A stretch of 42,060 nucleotides of DNA, taken from positions 1 to 42,060 of the forward strand of contig CAZXDD010000002.1 in the NCBI GenBank assembly GCA_964639415.1. The letters run 5' to 3'. Below are positions 26,380-34,933 of this stretch, piece after piece. Position 1 is the first letter of the stretch, and each line of letters starts with the position of its first letter. Origin of the DNA: an uncultured Armatimonadia bacterium. Lineage in GTDB: Bacteria; Armatimonadota; Zipacnadia; Zipacnadales; JABUFB01. Below the pieces are notes generated by a model. The model saw only the letters and a program-made list of their open reading frames with translations. It was not told the DNA's origin and did no database searches. The position numbers and the translations under genes are program-made.

Positions 26380-28260
26380 ATGCTGACCCGCCTGCTGTGG
26401 GCGCTTGCGACGTCCTTGGGAGCCACCGCGCTGTCGGCCGCGCCCCTCGCCGTCTACCAGTCCGAGGCCAACTTCGCCGAGTACCAGGGCGTCCACCAGC
26501 AGGCCCTGCGGCAGTGGCTTTCCGACCGGGGACAGGCCTTCGCTGTCATCGGTGACGCACAGGCCGCGGATGTGGCGCGGCTTGCCCCCTATCCGCTGGT
26601 GCTGGCCTCCAGCTCCTACATCGTCCCGCCCGGGGCGATGCGTGGCTTGTCCGCCTACGTGCAGGCCGGAGGGCAGGTGCTCTGGTTCGACTCGCCGGCC
26701 CGCGTCGGAGATCCGGAGTTTCGTAGCCTGCTGGGCCTCGGCACTCAGACCACCTATCTGACCTCCACGGACTGCAGGCTGCGCAGCACTGCGGCCACCC
26801 ACCCCCTGGCGTCCACGCCACAGGAGCTATCGCCGGCGTCCTTCGTGGGCAACTGCGCCACCTCGGCGGCCGAGGGCGCCCTGGTGCTGTATGAGGCCGT
26901 GGTCACACCCACCGGAGGCGGGGAACAGAGGCTCCCCGCGGTCGTGTTGGCCAAGAGCGGAAGCGGGGTGTGCGTTACCTTCAACTGGCTGCCCTGGCTC
27001 TCGCCCAGTGATGGACTCCGGGACCTCCTGAGCCAGTCGCTGGACTACCTCCTCGCCCGTTGGGAGCTGCAGCAGACCGACCTCGTTGCCCGTTGCCGGA
27101 CGGGACGTGTCGACATCCGCCAGCCCGAGCCTGTGCAGGTCACCTGCGCGGTCTTCGCTCGGCGCGCGGCAGCAGACACTCCCGCCACGGCCGGCCTGCG
27201 GCTCGCCGACGCCGATGGCAGACCGATCGGCCAACCACTGCACGTTGAGGCCCAATGGCAGGCGAGTGACGACGAGCTCAGCCACGCCCGCCTCTCGGCG
27301 CAGGTGCCCACCGCAGGCCTTGCCGATGGCCACTACACCGTGAGCGCCGAGGTTCATCTGGGCGCGAGCACCCGCACCGCCTCGGCGCCGGTGCGATTGT
27401 CCGGGCAACAGTGGGCCAGGCTCCAGGACGAGAACAGGCAGCGCCGGGAACTGCTGAGGCCGCTGCTTGTGGGCGCCCTCGGTGACTACGACGCCGAGCC
27501 CCGCACCGCTGAGGGTCGCGTCGACCTCCCCCGGCTGCTGCGGCAGATCGAGACGGCCCACATGAACATGTACGACTTCCTCATCTGGCATGCGGCCACC
27601 GACTGGGAGGACTTCCAGGCCTTTCTTCCCATGGCGCAGGAGAAGAGTCTCAAGGTCTGGGTGACGCTCTGTCCGCCCAGCGAGCAGGGCGGCAACTGGC
27701 CCTACTCGGAGCCCTATCGCCTGGACTTCGTCAAGTGGGCCGAGGAGATCGGCGCTCTTGCCGACCAATACCCGTGTCTCGTCGCCATGGTGATCGACGA
27801 CTTCTGGTCCGGAGACAACCGCCTGCTGTACACCCCGGAGTACATCGCACGCATGGTGGCGACCCTCCGCGCGCAGTGTCCCACGGTGGCGTTCCTGCCC
27901 ACGATCTACAAGTCCACCGTGGGCGATGCCGAGTGGGTGCGCAACTACGGACCGTACATCGACGGTATCGTGTTCCCCTACGAGGAGCTGCAGACGGGTG
28001 AGCACCTTCGGGAGCAGCTCGCGGCATGCCGAGACTGGCTGGGCCCCGACAAGCTGATCTTCGTGAACATCTACGCCAGCGGCTCATCGGGCCCGCAGGA
28101 GCCCGGCCCACGGACCGAGGCCTACATGCGGCAGACCCTCACGCTCTCACGAGAGCTGGCCGACGGTATCCGCATCTACTGCCTCCCCAAGGGGACCCTG
28201 CTTGAGGATCACCGGTACCGCGTCACGGCAGAGCTGTACGGCGAGTGGAGCGGGGAGTGA
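26380..28260 (+). CDS. Secreted hypothetical protein with amidotransferase-like N-terminal module and TIM-barrel-like C-terminal part
   Basis: The track ORF starts at TTG 26371; I prefer ATG 26380, which has AGGGAG 9 nt upstream. The signal peptide is MLTRLLWALATSLGATALSAAP. The N-terminal module is YPLVLASSSYIVPPGAMRGLSAYVQAGGQVLWF. The C-terminal part includes KVWVTLCPPSE...VAMVIDDFW. Confidence 0.7.
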   Translation: MLTRLLWALATSLGATALSAAPLAVYQSEANFAEYQGVHQQALRQWLSDRGQAFAVIGDAQAADVARLAPYPLVLASSSYIVPPGAMRGLSAYVQAGGQVLWFDSPARVGDPEFRSLLGLGTQTTYLTSTDCRLRSTAATHPLASTPQELSPASFVGNCATSAAEGALVLYEAVVTPTGGGEQRLPAVVLAKSGSGVCVTFNWLPWLSPSDGLRDLLSQSLDYLLARWELQQTDLVARCRTGRVDIRQPEPVQVTCAVFARRAAADTPATAGLRLADADGRPIGQPLHVEAQWQASDDELSHARLSAQVPTAGLADGHYTVSAEVHLGASTRTASAPVRLSGQQWARLQDENRQRRELLRPLLVGALGDYDAEPRTAEGRVDLPRLLRQIETAHMNMYDFLIWHAATDWEDFQAFLPMAQEKSLKVWVTLCPPSEQGGNWPYSEPYRLDFVKWAEEIGALADQYPCLVAMVIDDFWSGDNRLLYTPEYIARMVATLRAQCPTVAFLPTIYKSTVGDAEWVRNYGPYIDGIVFPYEELQTGEHLREQLAACRDWLGPDKLIFVNIYASGSSGPQEPGPRTEAYMRQTLTLSRELADGIRIYCLPKGTLLEDHRYRVTAELYGEWSGE

Positions 28261-28261
28261 C

Positions 28262-28440
28262 GGGGAGAATGAGAGGTCGAAGGAACGGCGAGCGACGAAC
28301 GGCGGACCACGGCGAACGGCAGACCACGGAGAGCACGGAGTTCCACGGAGTACGGCAAGGCCCGGGACGACGGAGAACGGCAGAGCACGGCGAACGGCAG
28401 ACCACGGAGAGCGACGACGCCGAGCCATGCGAGAGCGGGC
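28262..28440 (+). repeat. T-depleted, ACGG-word-rich intergenic tract with 27-bp direct repeat at 78-bp offset
   Basis: I count only six T in 179 nt of the plus strand. ACGGAG occurs at 28326, 28335, 28345, 28370 and 28404. An exact repeat, CACGGCGAACGGCAGACCACGGAGAGC, occurs at 28308-28334 and 28386-28412. Confidence 0.7.
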
Positions 28441-28490
28441 CCGCCGCTGGGCGGCTCACACGCCACCGGCTGGCGACAGGTGCCCTCCCC

Positions 28491-29819
28491 CTACTGGCGC
28501 GGCTTGAGGGCCTCGATGCGGGTCTGCAGCGCCTCCAGAGCCTGCAGAACCTGCTCGGGCTGCACCGGCGCCTCGGCCGGGCCCTGCGCCGCCGCATTGG
28601 CCTGCCTCAGTAGCTGCACGACCTCCGGCTGCGTGTCAGGGTGCAGGACCGGCTCGTGGGCGGGGCTGCCCCACTCATCCCAGGTCCAAAGCAGCGTCAG
28701 CGGGATGCGCATGGCCGCGATGCCTTCCAGACTCAGACGCAGGTCCTCGACGGCCTCCGGGCTGTCGTACACCCGCCCCTCGTACAGCCCCGCCGACGAG
28801 CCGAACTCCCCGATGTACACCGGCACCCCGATACTCTCGGCGGCGAGCTTGAGGTTCCACAGGTCGGCCAGACGGTCATCGTAGGCATGCAGACTCACCA
28901 GGTCCACGCCCTCCGGGGTGACCAGGCGCAGGTAGTCCGCCTGCTCCTGAGGGCTGTCCACGGTCCAGTCCATCTCCCCCGTCCGGCGGATGGAGCCCAG
29001 CCACAGGTGCCAGGCGGCCGGCCGCGGCGCCGAAAAGCCGGTACCGACCAGATGCTCGCGGTCCAGGAGCTTGACCTGGGCGCAGAGCTCACGGGTCAGG
29101 GCGGCCAGCTCGTCGGAGGAGTAGTTGTTCCGCCCATCGCGCACCACCGGCCCGCGCACCAGGTGCGGCGCCGGGCGCTCGAGCTTCGGCTGCAGGACCC
29201 CGTCCTGCGCGAACTGTGGTCCCAGATCGGCGCCGAGGTTCGCCTCATTCGTCAGCTCCCAAAACAGGATAGTGTCCCGCTCGGCATAGCGCCCGACCAG
29301 ATCGGCGATCCACTGCCGCAGCAGTCCGCGACCGGCCGAGTGCGGGTCGCAGAAGAACTCGCGCAGCGAATGGTGCCCCAGGTCGGCCCAACCCCCGAGG
29401 TGCCAGGCGATCGTGCCCACCACGCGGATCCCGTACTCGTCGCAGTCGTCCAGCATCTGGTCCGTTGCCGCCCACGCCCTCTGACGCACCTTTGGGTCCT
29501 CGCTCAGGTGGGTGTCCTCAATCTCCGCGGGCCAAAACGCGCTCAGGCGCACACGGATGACGCCGACGCCGATGTCCCGCAGGCCCTGCAGCGACCGGCG
29601 CGCCGCGGAACGTGCCGCCTCCGCATCTTGGCCCGTCTCGCCACGGAGACCCACCAGGTATTGGGCCAGCAGCTCGTGCTTGTTCACCGCCACGGCGGCG
29701 AAGGGCTGCCCCGCATAGGTCAAAGTGGCCCCTTCCCGTTGCAGCGCCACCCCCTCCTGCCACGGCGCGGCGATGGCGGCCGCGGAGACGACGAACGCCA
29801 GGAACGCCTGCAAAGTCAT
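28491..29819 (-). CDS. Glycoside hydrolase family 5-like enzyme (cellulase/mannanase-type TIM barrel)
   Basis: 442 aa with an AGGGGGA RBS. The signal peptide is MTLQAFLAFVVSAAAIAAP. The acid/base motif is FWELTNEANL and the nucleophile motif is PVYIGEFG. An Ala/Gln-rich C-terminal tail follows. Confidence 0.8.
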   Translation of the reverse strand: MTLQAFLAFVVSAAAIAAPWQEGVALQREGATLTYAGQPFAAVAVNKHELLAQYLVGLRGETGQDAEAARSAARRSLQGLRDIGVGVIRVRLSAFWPAEIEDTHLSEDPKVRQRAWAATDQMLDDCDEYGIRVVGTIAWHLGGWADLGHHSLREFFCDPHSAGRGLLRQWIADLVGRYAERDTILFWELTNEANLGADLGPQFAQDGVLQPKLERPAPHLVRGPVVRDGRNNYSSDELAALTRELCAQVKLLDREHLVGTGFSAPRPAAWHLWLGSIRRTGEMDWTVDSPQEQADYLRLVTPEGVDLVSLHAYDDRLADLWNLKLAAESIGVPVYIGEFGSSAGLYEGRVYDSPEAVEDLRLSLEGIAAMRIPLTLLWTWDEWGSPAHEPVLHPDTQPEVVQLLRQANAAAQGPAEAPVQPEQVLQALEALQTRIEALKPRQ

Positions 29820-29969
29820 GGCAAGTCCCCCTGATGGGCCGCCCCGGCCGCGACGCCGAGTGGCCCTGAGTGCTCTCGAGGGTTCGCCCTCGTCACGGCG
29901 TATGCCCGCTCATCCCCTCTGCCTGCCCCGGGTCTCTCGCCGCCCATGGCAGGCCTCCTCCCGTAGGTA

Positions 29970-30848
29970 TTACCTTTCTCCCCGCTGCTTGAGCCACCGC
30001 GAAAACGACGGTGCCGAGGAGAAACCCAGCTCTCGGCCTATCCGCGCATCCGTTGCCCCCTCCGCCCGCAGCTCCCTGACCCGGCGCAGACGGCACCGAT
30101 CGACGTACTGGTGAATCGTCAGCCCCATGTCGCGCTGGAACAGGCGCAGCAGGTGGTACTTGCTGTAGCCCGAGAACTTGGCCAGCCCATCCAGGGTCAC
30201 GCCGCGTCCCGCGGTCTCCTCGATGTACCGTCGCACGGCCTGCACCGTCCGCCGCTGCACGTCTCCGGCCGGGGGCTCTTCCACCTCGAACCCCCGCTCA
30301 ACCAGGGAGGTGACAATCCCCGCGAGGGCCAGAAGCAGCCGGGCCCGCACCAGCGCGGGGAGATCGTGCCACCCCGTCGCCTCGGTCAGTGCTGGGCCAC
30401 CGGCGACCACCGCCTGGTCCACGAGCAGATGCTCGGTACGCTGCGCCGTCAAGAGCCCCTCGCGAATGGAGAGCACGCGCCCCCCCACCTCGCACCCAAT
30501 GATCCCCATCCACAGGTGGTCGCTATCCGGCGTCCACGGAGGCCATTCCAGGTCATGGGACTCGAAGGCCTCCAGTACAAACACGGTGCCCGGTGCCGAG
30601 GCGTAGATCCGGCCGCCGAGGCCGAAATGCGGCTCACCGGACAGAACCAGCAGGACTTCGCGGTGCGCATGGCGATGCGAGTTGCCTGCCATCCACTCGC
30701 GGTGGGAATCGTCGCGTACCACCGGCATCTCGGCGGGCAGCCCGCCGCCTACCAGCCGCCAGCTTTGAGGGGCCAGGGCAACCTCCAGCATCGCAGGGGT
30801 GAACAGACGGTTGGGCGGCATAGCGCAATAATCGCTAACCATTCGCAA
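29970..30848 (-). CDS. AraC family transcriptional regulator (cupin-like N-terminal domain)
   Basis: 292 aa. The C-terminus has the double helix-turn-helix of the AraC family (LDGLAKFSGYSKYHLLRLFQRDMGLTIHQYVDRCRLRRV...IGRELGFSSAPSFSRWLKQ). It is divergent from the aminotransferase gene. Confidence 0.9.
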   Translation of the reverse strand: MRMVSDYCAMPPNRLFTPAMLEVALAPQSWRLVGGGLPAEMPVVRDDSHREWMAGNSHRHAHREVLLVLSGEPHFGLGGRIYASAPGTVFVLEAFESHDLEWPPWTPDSDHLWMGIIGCEVGGRVLSIREGLLTAQRTEHLLVDQAVVAGGPALTEATGWHDLPALVRARLLLALAGIVTSLVERGFEVEEPPAGDVQRRTVQAVRRYIEETAGRGVTLDGLAKFSGYSKYHLLRLFQRDMGLTIHQYVDRCRLRRVRELRAEGATDARIGRELGFSSAPSFSRWLKQRGER

Positions 30849-30957
30849 TGTCCGTCAATTGCGGCGCCGCGCATTCCGGCTATGATAGAGACTGTTGGTC
30901 TGCAGCAGCCGCAATATCCGTTACCAGGCAGCCTATCACTGCCGGGGAGGAAACGCA

Positions 30958-32229
30958 ATGAGCAGCGCAGCGAAGCCGGCTCTCACCGGTGGCACCCCCG
31001 CGGTAAGCCTCTCACACAGCCCCTGGCCGATCACCGGTGAGCAGGAAGTGCAGTGGATGGAGGAGGTCGTCCGCGGTGGCAAGTGGAGCTGGCTGGGGCC
31101 GCACGAGGAGGCCTTCTGCCGGGAGTTCGCTGCTTTCATCGGCAGCGAGTACGCCCTCGGGCTGTCCAACGGCACCGTGACCATCCAGTGCGCGCTCCAG
31201 GCCGCGGGCGTCGAGCCGGGCGACGAGGTGATCGTCCCGGGGCTGACCTGGGTCGCCACGGCCCAGGCGGCCCTGGACATCGGCGCCCACGTCGTCCTCG
31301 TCGACATCGACCCGGAGACCTATTGCATCGACCCGCAGGCCCTGGAGGCCGCGATCACCCCCAGGACCCGGGCCGTCGTCCCGGTTCACCTCTACGGCTG
31401 CATGTGCGACATGGACGCCGTCACCGAGATCGCCGGTCGCCACGGGCTGAAGATCGTCGAGGACGTGGCACACCAGCACGGGAGCCGCTGGCGCGATCGA
31501 GGCGCCGGGGCCATCGGCGATGCAGGCAGCTTCTCCTTCCAGCAGAGCAAAGTCCTCACCAGCGGGGAGGGCGGGGCCATCACCTGCAACGACGAGGAGA
31601 TCTACAACATCGCCTTCAGCCTCAAACAGGTGGGCTGGTCTCCTCAGATGCAGCCGGCCGGCCACTACGGCCACAACTATCGCATCACGGAGATGCAGTG
31701 CGTCTTGCTTCGCGGCGGACTGACCCGCATCGAAGAGCAGACGGCCATCCGCGAGCAAAGTGCCCTGGCACTCAGCGAGGGCCTCGCGCGCATCGGCGGG
31801 CCGCTGCGCGCCGCCGGGCGCGACCCGCGCGTCACCCGTCAGGCCTACTACGCCATGACCCTGCACTTCGACCCGGCTCTGGCCGAGGGCCTCACGCGGA
31901 GCCAGTACTTCGCCGCACTCGCCGCGGAGGGCCTGGGGCTGGGCGCCCCGTATGCGCCGGTCTATCGCAATGGCCTGCTCAATCTCTACGACAGGACCAG
32001 CCCGGTGCCCTATCGCGACTCGGCGGCGGTGCAGGACTATGCGAACCTCAAGCTGCCGGTGGTGGAGCGCGTCTGCGACCAGACCGGAGTGGTCTTGATG
32101 CACAACCACCTTCTCGCCGAGCCGGCGTACATCGACCAATTGGTGCAGGCCGTGGACAAGGTGAACGGGAGCCTGGCACAGATAGGCCGCCACCTTGCCG
32201 CGACGGAGGCGGCGGCCACGACGACCTGA
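30958..32229 (+). CDS. DegT/DnrJ/EryC1/StrS family PLP-dependent aminotransferase
   Basis: Track ORF 30895 (TTG) trimmed to ATG 30958, preceded by GGGGAGG. Family motifs are present: GDEVIVPGLTWVAT, IVEDVAHQHG and the PLP-lysine context SFSFQQSKVLTSGEGGAI. Confidence 0.9.
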   Translation: MSSAAKPALTGGTPAVSLSHSPWPITGEQEVQWMEEVVRGGKWSWLGPHEEAFCREFAAFIGSEYALGLSNGTVTIQCALQAAGVEPGDEVIVPGLTWVATAQAALDIGAHVVLVDIDPETYCIDPQALEAAITPRTRAVVPVHLYGCMCDMDAVTEIAGRHGLKIVEDVAHQHGSRWRDRGAGAIGDAGSFSFQQSKVLTSGEGGAITCNDEEIYNIAFSLKQVGWSPQMQPAGHYGHNYRITEMQCVLLRGGLTRIEEQTAIREQSALALSEGLARIGGPLRAAGRDPRVTRQAYYAMTLHFDPALAEGLTRSQYFAALAAEGLGLGAPYAPVYRNGLLNLYDRTSPVPYRDSAAVQDYANLKLPVVERVCDQTGVVLMHNHLLAEPAYIDQLVQAVDKVNGSLAQIGRHLAATEAAATTT

Positions 32230-32283
32230 CCCCGCCGACGCCGTCGGGCGGCAGGCGCCCACAGCAGCATCGAACGGGCAGAC

Positions 32284-32322
32284 ACAGGCGGCCTACCGCG
32301 TTTCCCGCGGCAGGCCGCCTGT
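32284..32322. terminator. 17-bp-stem hairpin (one mismatch) in a convergent intergenic region
   Basis: ACAGGCGGCCTACCGCG-TTTCC-CGCGGCAGGCCGCCTGT lies between the aminotransferase stop (32229) and the stop of the minus-strand gene at 32346. There is no U-tract on either strand. Confidence 0.5.
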
Positions 32323-32345
32323 GCTATCGCTATGAGCCACGCCGT

Positions 32346-33026
32346 CTACGAGCCGTCACCCCAGCGCCACCACAGCGTCGATCCGGAACGCGACTTCCCC
32401 GTCCGCCCACCATCGAGACCCTCCGTGTCGGCCTCCTCGGAGCCCTTCGACGCCCCGGCCCGGTTCTCGAGTATCACGGCCGCCCCTACCCGTGGCCCCT
32501 CGCCGCTGGCCACATCACGCTCCGGCCCAATACCGTCGGGATCTCTCTCGACGAAGCCGATGCTCCCGTCGAGAAAGACGCAGTATGTCCAGCCATGATG
32601 ACGCGGTACCGGCCGCCCCTGTGGGTCGGCGTCATAGAACAACATGCACGCATCCGGCTCGGGATGCTCGTCGATCCGCGTGCCACCGTACCGCGAGTTC
32701 AGGGCGTACGAGATGCTGTCTTCGCTCTTGTCTTCAGGGCACCTGAGAGCGTCCTCGTGGCCGAGGTAGTCGCCCGCCAGCAGCCGGGGCCAGGAGTGAG
32801 AAGCCGGGAGCGTCTCGTCGTAGTCGGCGGCGTAGGTTCGGGCCGCCATCTTGATCGCCAGCAGATTGCCCACGCACAGGTCCTGCCGATAGCCCGGACG
32901 CGTCCGGAACAGAGGCATCACAATCCAGCCCCCCACCACGATGACCATCCCGAGCACCAGCAGGTCTCGTCGCACATCCTGCCACAGTGATGTCCGACGA
33001 GACCGGCGCTGTCTCACCACGACCAT
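32346..33026 (-). CDS. Membrane-anchored H-X9-DG (DUF1559-type, prepilin-like) protein, paralogue 5 of the sigma-linked cluster
   Basis: ATG 33026 has a GAGGTGA RBS. A basic head and TM helix (RRDLLVLGMVIVVGGWIVMPLF) are followed by CVGNLLAIKMAARTYAADYDETLP, RCPEDK, ISYALN and RHHGWTYCVFLDGS (H-X9-DG). It has an acidic, Gly-rich C-terminal tail and no canonical G/FTLIE prepilin motif. Confidence 0.7.
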   Translation of the reverse strand: MVVVRQRRSRRTSLWQDVRRDLLVLGMVIVVGGWIVMPLFRTRPGYRQDLCVGNLLAIKMAARTYAADYDETLPASHSWPRLLAGDYLGHEDALRCPEDKSEDSISYALNSRYGGTRIDEHPEPDACMLFYDADPQGRPVPRHHGWTYCVFLDGSIGFVERDPDGIGPERDVASGEGPRVGAAVILENRAGASKGSEEADTEGLDGGRTGKSRSGSTLWWRWGDGS

Positions 33027-33030
33027 GCCT

Positions 33031-33931
33031 TCACCTCACACCTGCTATCGGCCGCTGCCTGGCCGGCCGCCACTCCGTCATCTCCGGCAGTCCTGCGACC
33101 GCCCTCACCTGCCCGCCCATGTAGGCACACACACCACGTCCATCGTTGCGCGGGTCCGTCGACCTCATCGTCTCCGCGTCCCCTGTGCACCGGCGGCGGC
33201 AAGCGAACCGCCGTCCCCGGAGATGGCCCCTCGATGGGCACCCGACCCCTTTCGGGCCAGGCCTCGCCGGGGATCTGCTTGGCTCTCCCTCGCAGACGCG
33301 CCCGGTGGGCGCCGGGCGGCTTGTGACGGAGCCTCGCGAGATTTGCACGTTCCTGTTATTGTACAGGTGGCTGCGGCCGACGTCCACCGCCTCGGACTTG
33401 GCGGCGCGCCACCCACTCGGGCTCGGCGGAGGCACCGAGAGTGTCGGTGACCTTCACGCGGCACGCGCCCGGAAGACGTCTCATCGCAGACCGCGGCCCA
33501 CAGCTCCACGAGCAAGACAAGACTGACCCGCTGCAAGATCGCCTTCTCAGCCCACATCACAGGCGGCCGGTCCCGCCGCCCCCACAGATGCACACGTACC
33601 GCGTAGGCTGTCTTGAGCTTATCAGAAACATGATACCCATTATTGGGCCGATTCACACCACTTGACGGCTCAACCTTCTCGAAAGAGTCGTTGAGCCACA
33701 TCAATTAGCCGTGCGACAGGGAGTGCCTGCGGTCGCGCCCTCGCGGCCGCGCCTGTGAGGCGTCCTGCGCGTGACGATGAGCTCCACATCGTCCGGCCAC
33801 GGACCGACTTGTGGCGGTCGATCGGTGCGGCCTCCTGTATGAACCACGGCAGCTATGGCGATCTGCTTGAGGTTGCACATGCAACTTGACTGTCTCGCCT
33901 GCTCACGGCTTCCACCGAACACGAGAGCCAT
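33031..33931 (-). pseudogene. Decayed H-X9-DG paralogue (paralogue 4), split into out-of-frame fragments and interrupted
   Basis: The N-terminal fragment is 33701..33931 (LVFGGSREQARQSSCMCNLKQIAIAAVV). The C-terminal fragment lies in the frame of ORF 33031..33435 (GCPSRGH...TDPRNDGRGVCAYMGGQVRAV), and there the H and D of H-X9-DG are replaced. No continuous ORF and no convincing TM helix remain. Confidence 0.45.
33440..33704 (-). mobile_element. Possible remnant of an IS200/IS605-type (Y1 HUH) transposase N-terminus with adjacent hairpin
   Basis: The segment 33590-33704 is visibly AT-richer than its surroundings. Its translation is MWLNDSFEKVEPSSGVNRPNNGYHVSDKLKTAYAVRVHLWGRRDRPPVMWAEKAILQRV. 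The string Y-x-x-R-x-H-L-W..R-x-R-x-x-V-M resembles the conserved N-terminal strand of TnpA(Y1). The hairpin GGCTCAAC-N15-GTTGAGCC lies at 33667-33697. The similarity is short and unverified. Confidence 0.25.
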
Positions 33932-34208
33932 CGAGCCGGTCGGTAAAGCCCCGTACCCGGAGCCGCGAAGCTCACGGGCGTCGCCGATCCACGGCGATAG
34001 CCGGTCGTCTGCGGTTGGACAGCGTGGTTTGTGCCCTGTGGTCGGTGGCAGACTCGTCGAGGCGGTGGCCCACCGCCACGGCAGTCGCCGGGGCCATCCG
34101 CAGCGGGGGGCACCTTCCAGCAGAGGAGGGGCCTGAGCAATGGCGGGCTCGACTCGAGGAATCCCGCGGCCCGAAGCGAGGTGATCCGTTACAGCATGAC
34201 CTTGAGCG

Positions 34209-34915
34209 TCATGCGGCCGCTTTCAGTCTGGCCCGGCGCCTAACCGCCCTGATCCCCGCCCACAGCGGCGGTATCCACAGCCAGCAGTAGACGGCCATGG
34301 TGCGGACGACCCGCAGGAGCGCTCTACCCGCACCTTCCGCGGTGGTGACGATTGTGTCCCACACCCCCGGGGGAACGCGGGGCTCGGGGACTGCCGGAGC
34401 CCCATCAAGCTTCGGGACGCCCGGGAACCACTTGACATGACCGTCGAGGTAGGCGCAGTGACAGCCGCCATTGTGCCGGGCCACCGGTCCCCCGGCGCCG
34501 TCGGCGTCGACGAAGAGCACCCGTTCCGCGGCCCGGGGGTACCGCCGATTCTCCGCCCGCTGTAGCGTGAGGCCATCGCGTACGAGACCGCGGCGCCACT
34601 GTGGTCCTTCTCACACCCGTACAGCGCCCTGTCACGCACGTACGGCAGTAGCTGCCGCGGCCACCGCGCGGCGTCAGGCAGCCTCCCATCGTTGTCCTCG
34701 GCGTACATCAGCGCCGCGAGCACAATCTGCTTGATGTTCGCAAAACAGCGTGGGTTGAGTTGAGGATGAGGCTTGGCCCATACGGGAAACAGCAGGGCGC
34801 CCGCCAGCATCGAGAAGAGAAGCGCGGCCGCCATCTCGATGAGACCGGCTTTGAGCGCCGCCGCTGCGTCCGCGGCCACCGGTGTTCGCTCCCCGGGCTC
34901 ACCGAATTGTCTCAT
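34209..34915 (-). pseudogene. H-X9-DG paralogue 3, closest copy of the anti-sigma ectodomain, split by a 1-nt frameshift
   Basis: The N-terminal part lies in ORF 34223..34915 (KAGLIEMAAALLFSMLAGALLFPVWAK...NDGRLPDAARWPRQL...AVSYAMASRYSGRRIGGTP). The C-terminal part lies in ORF 34209..34520 (ERVLFVDADGAGGPVARHNGGCHCAYLDGHVKWFPGVP...). The frames switch in the run CCCGGGGG at 34532-34539. An AGGAGG RBS lies 10 nt upstream of ATG 34915. Confidence 0.65.
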
Positions 34916-34933
34916 GTCGTGGGCGGCCTCCTG

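Noticed and set aside
31053-32990. 645-aa plus-strand ORF spanning the aminotransferase gene, the intergenic hairpin and paralogue 5
   Set aside because: It is out of frame with the DegT-type gene and crosses a convergent intergenic region. Its translation is Arg/Pro/Gly-rich low complexity.
34223-34530. C-terminal 100 aa of ORF 34223..34915 (…NGCSSSTPTAPGDRWPGTMAAVTAPTSTV…) as a real protein tail
   Set aside because: It is low-complexity and unlike any paralogue. The alternative frame over the same DNA encodes the conserved ERVLFVDAD...HNGGCHCAYLDGHVKW C-terminus, so this tail is a frameshift product.
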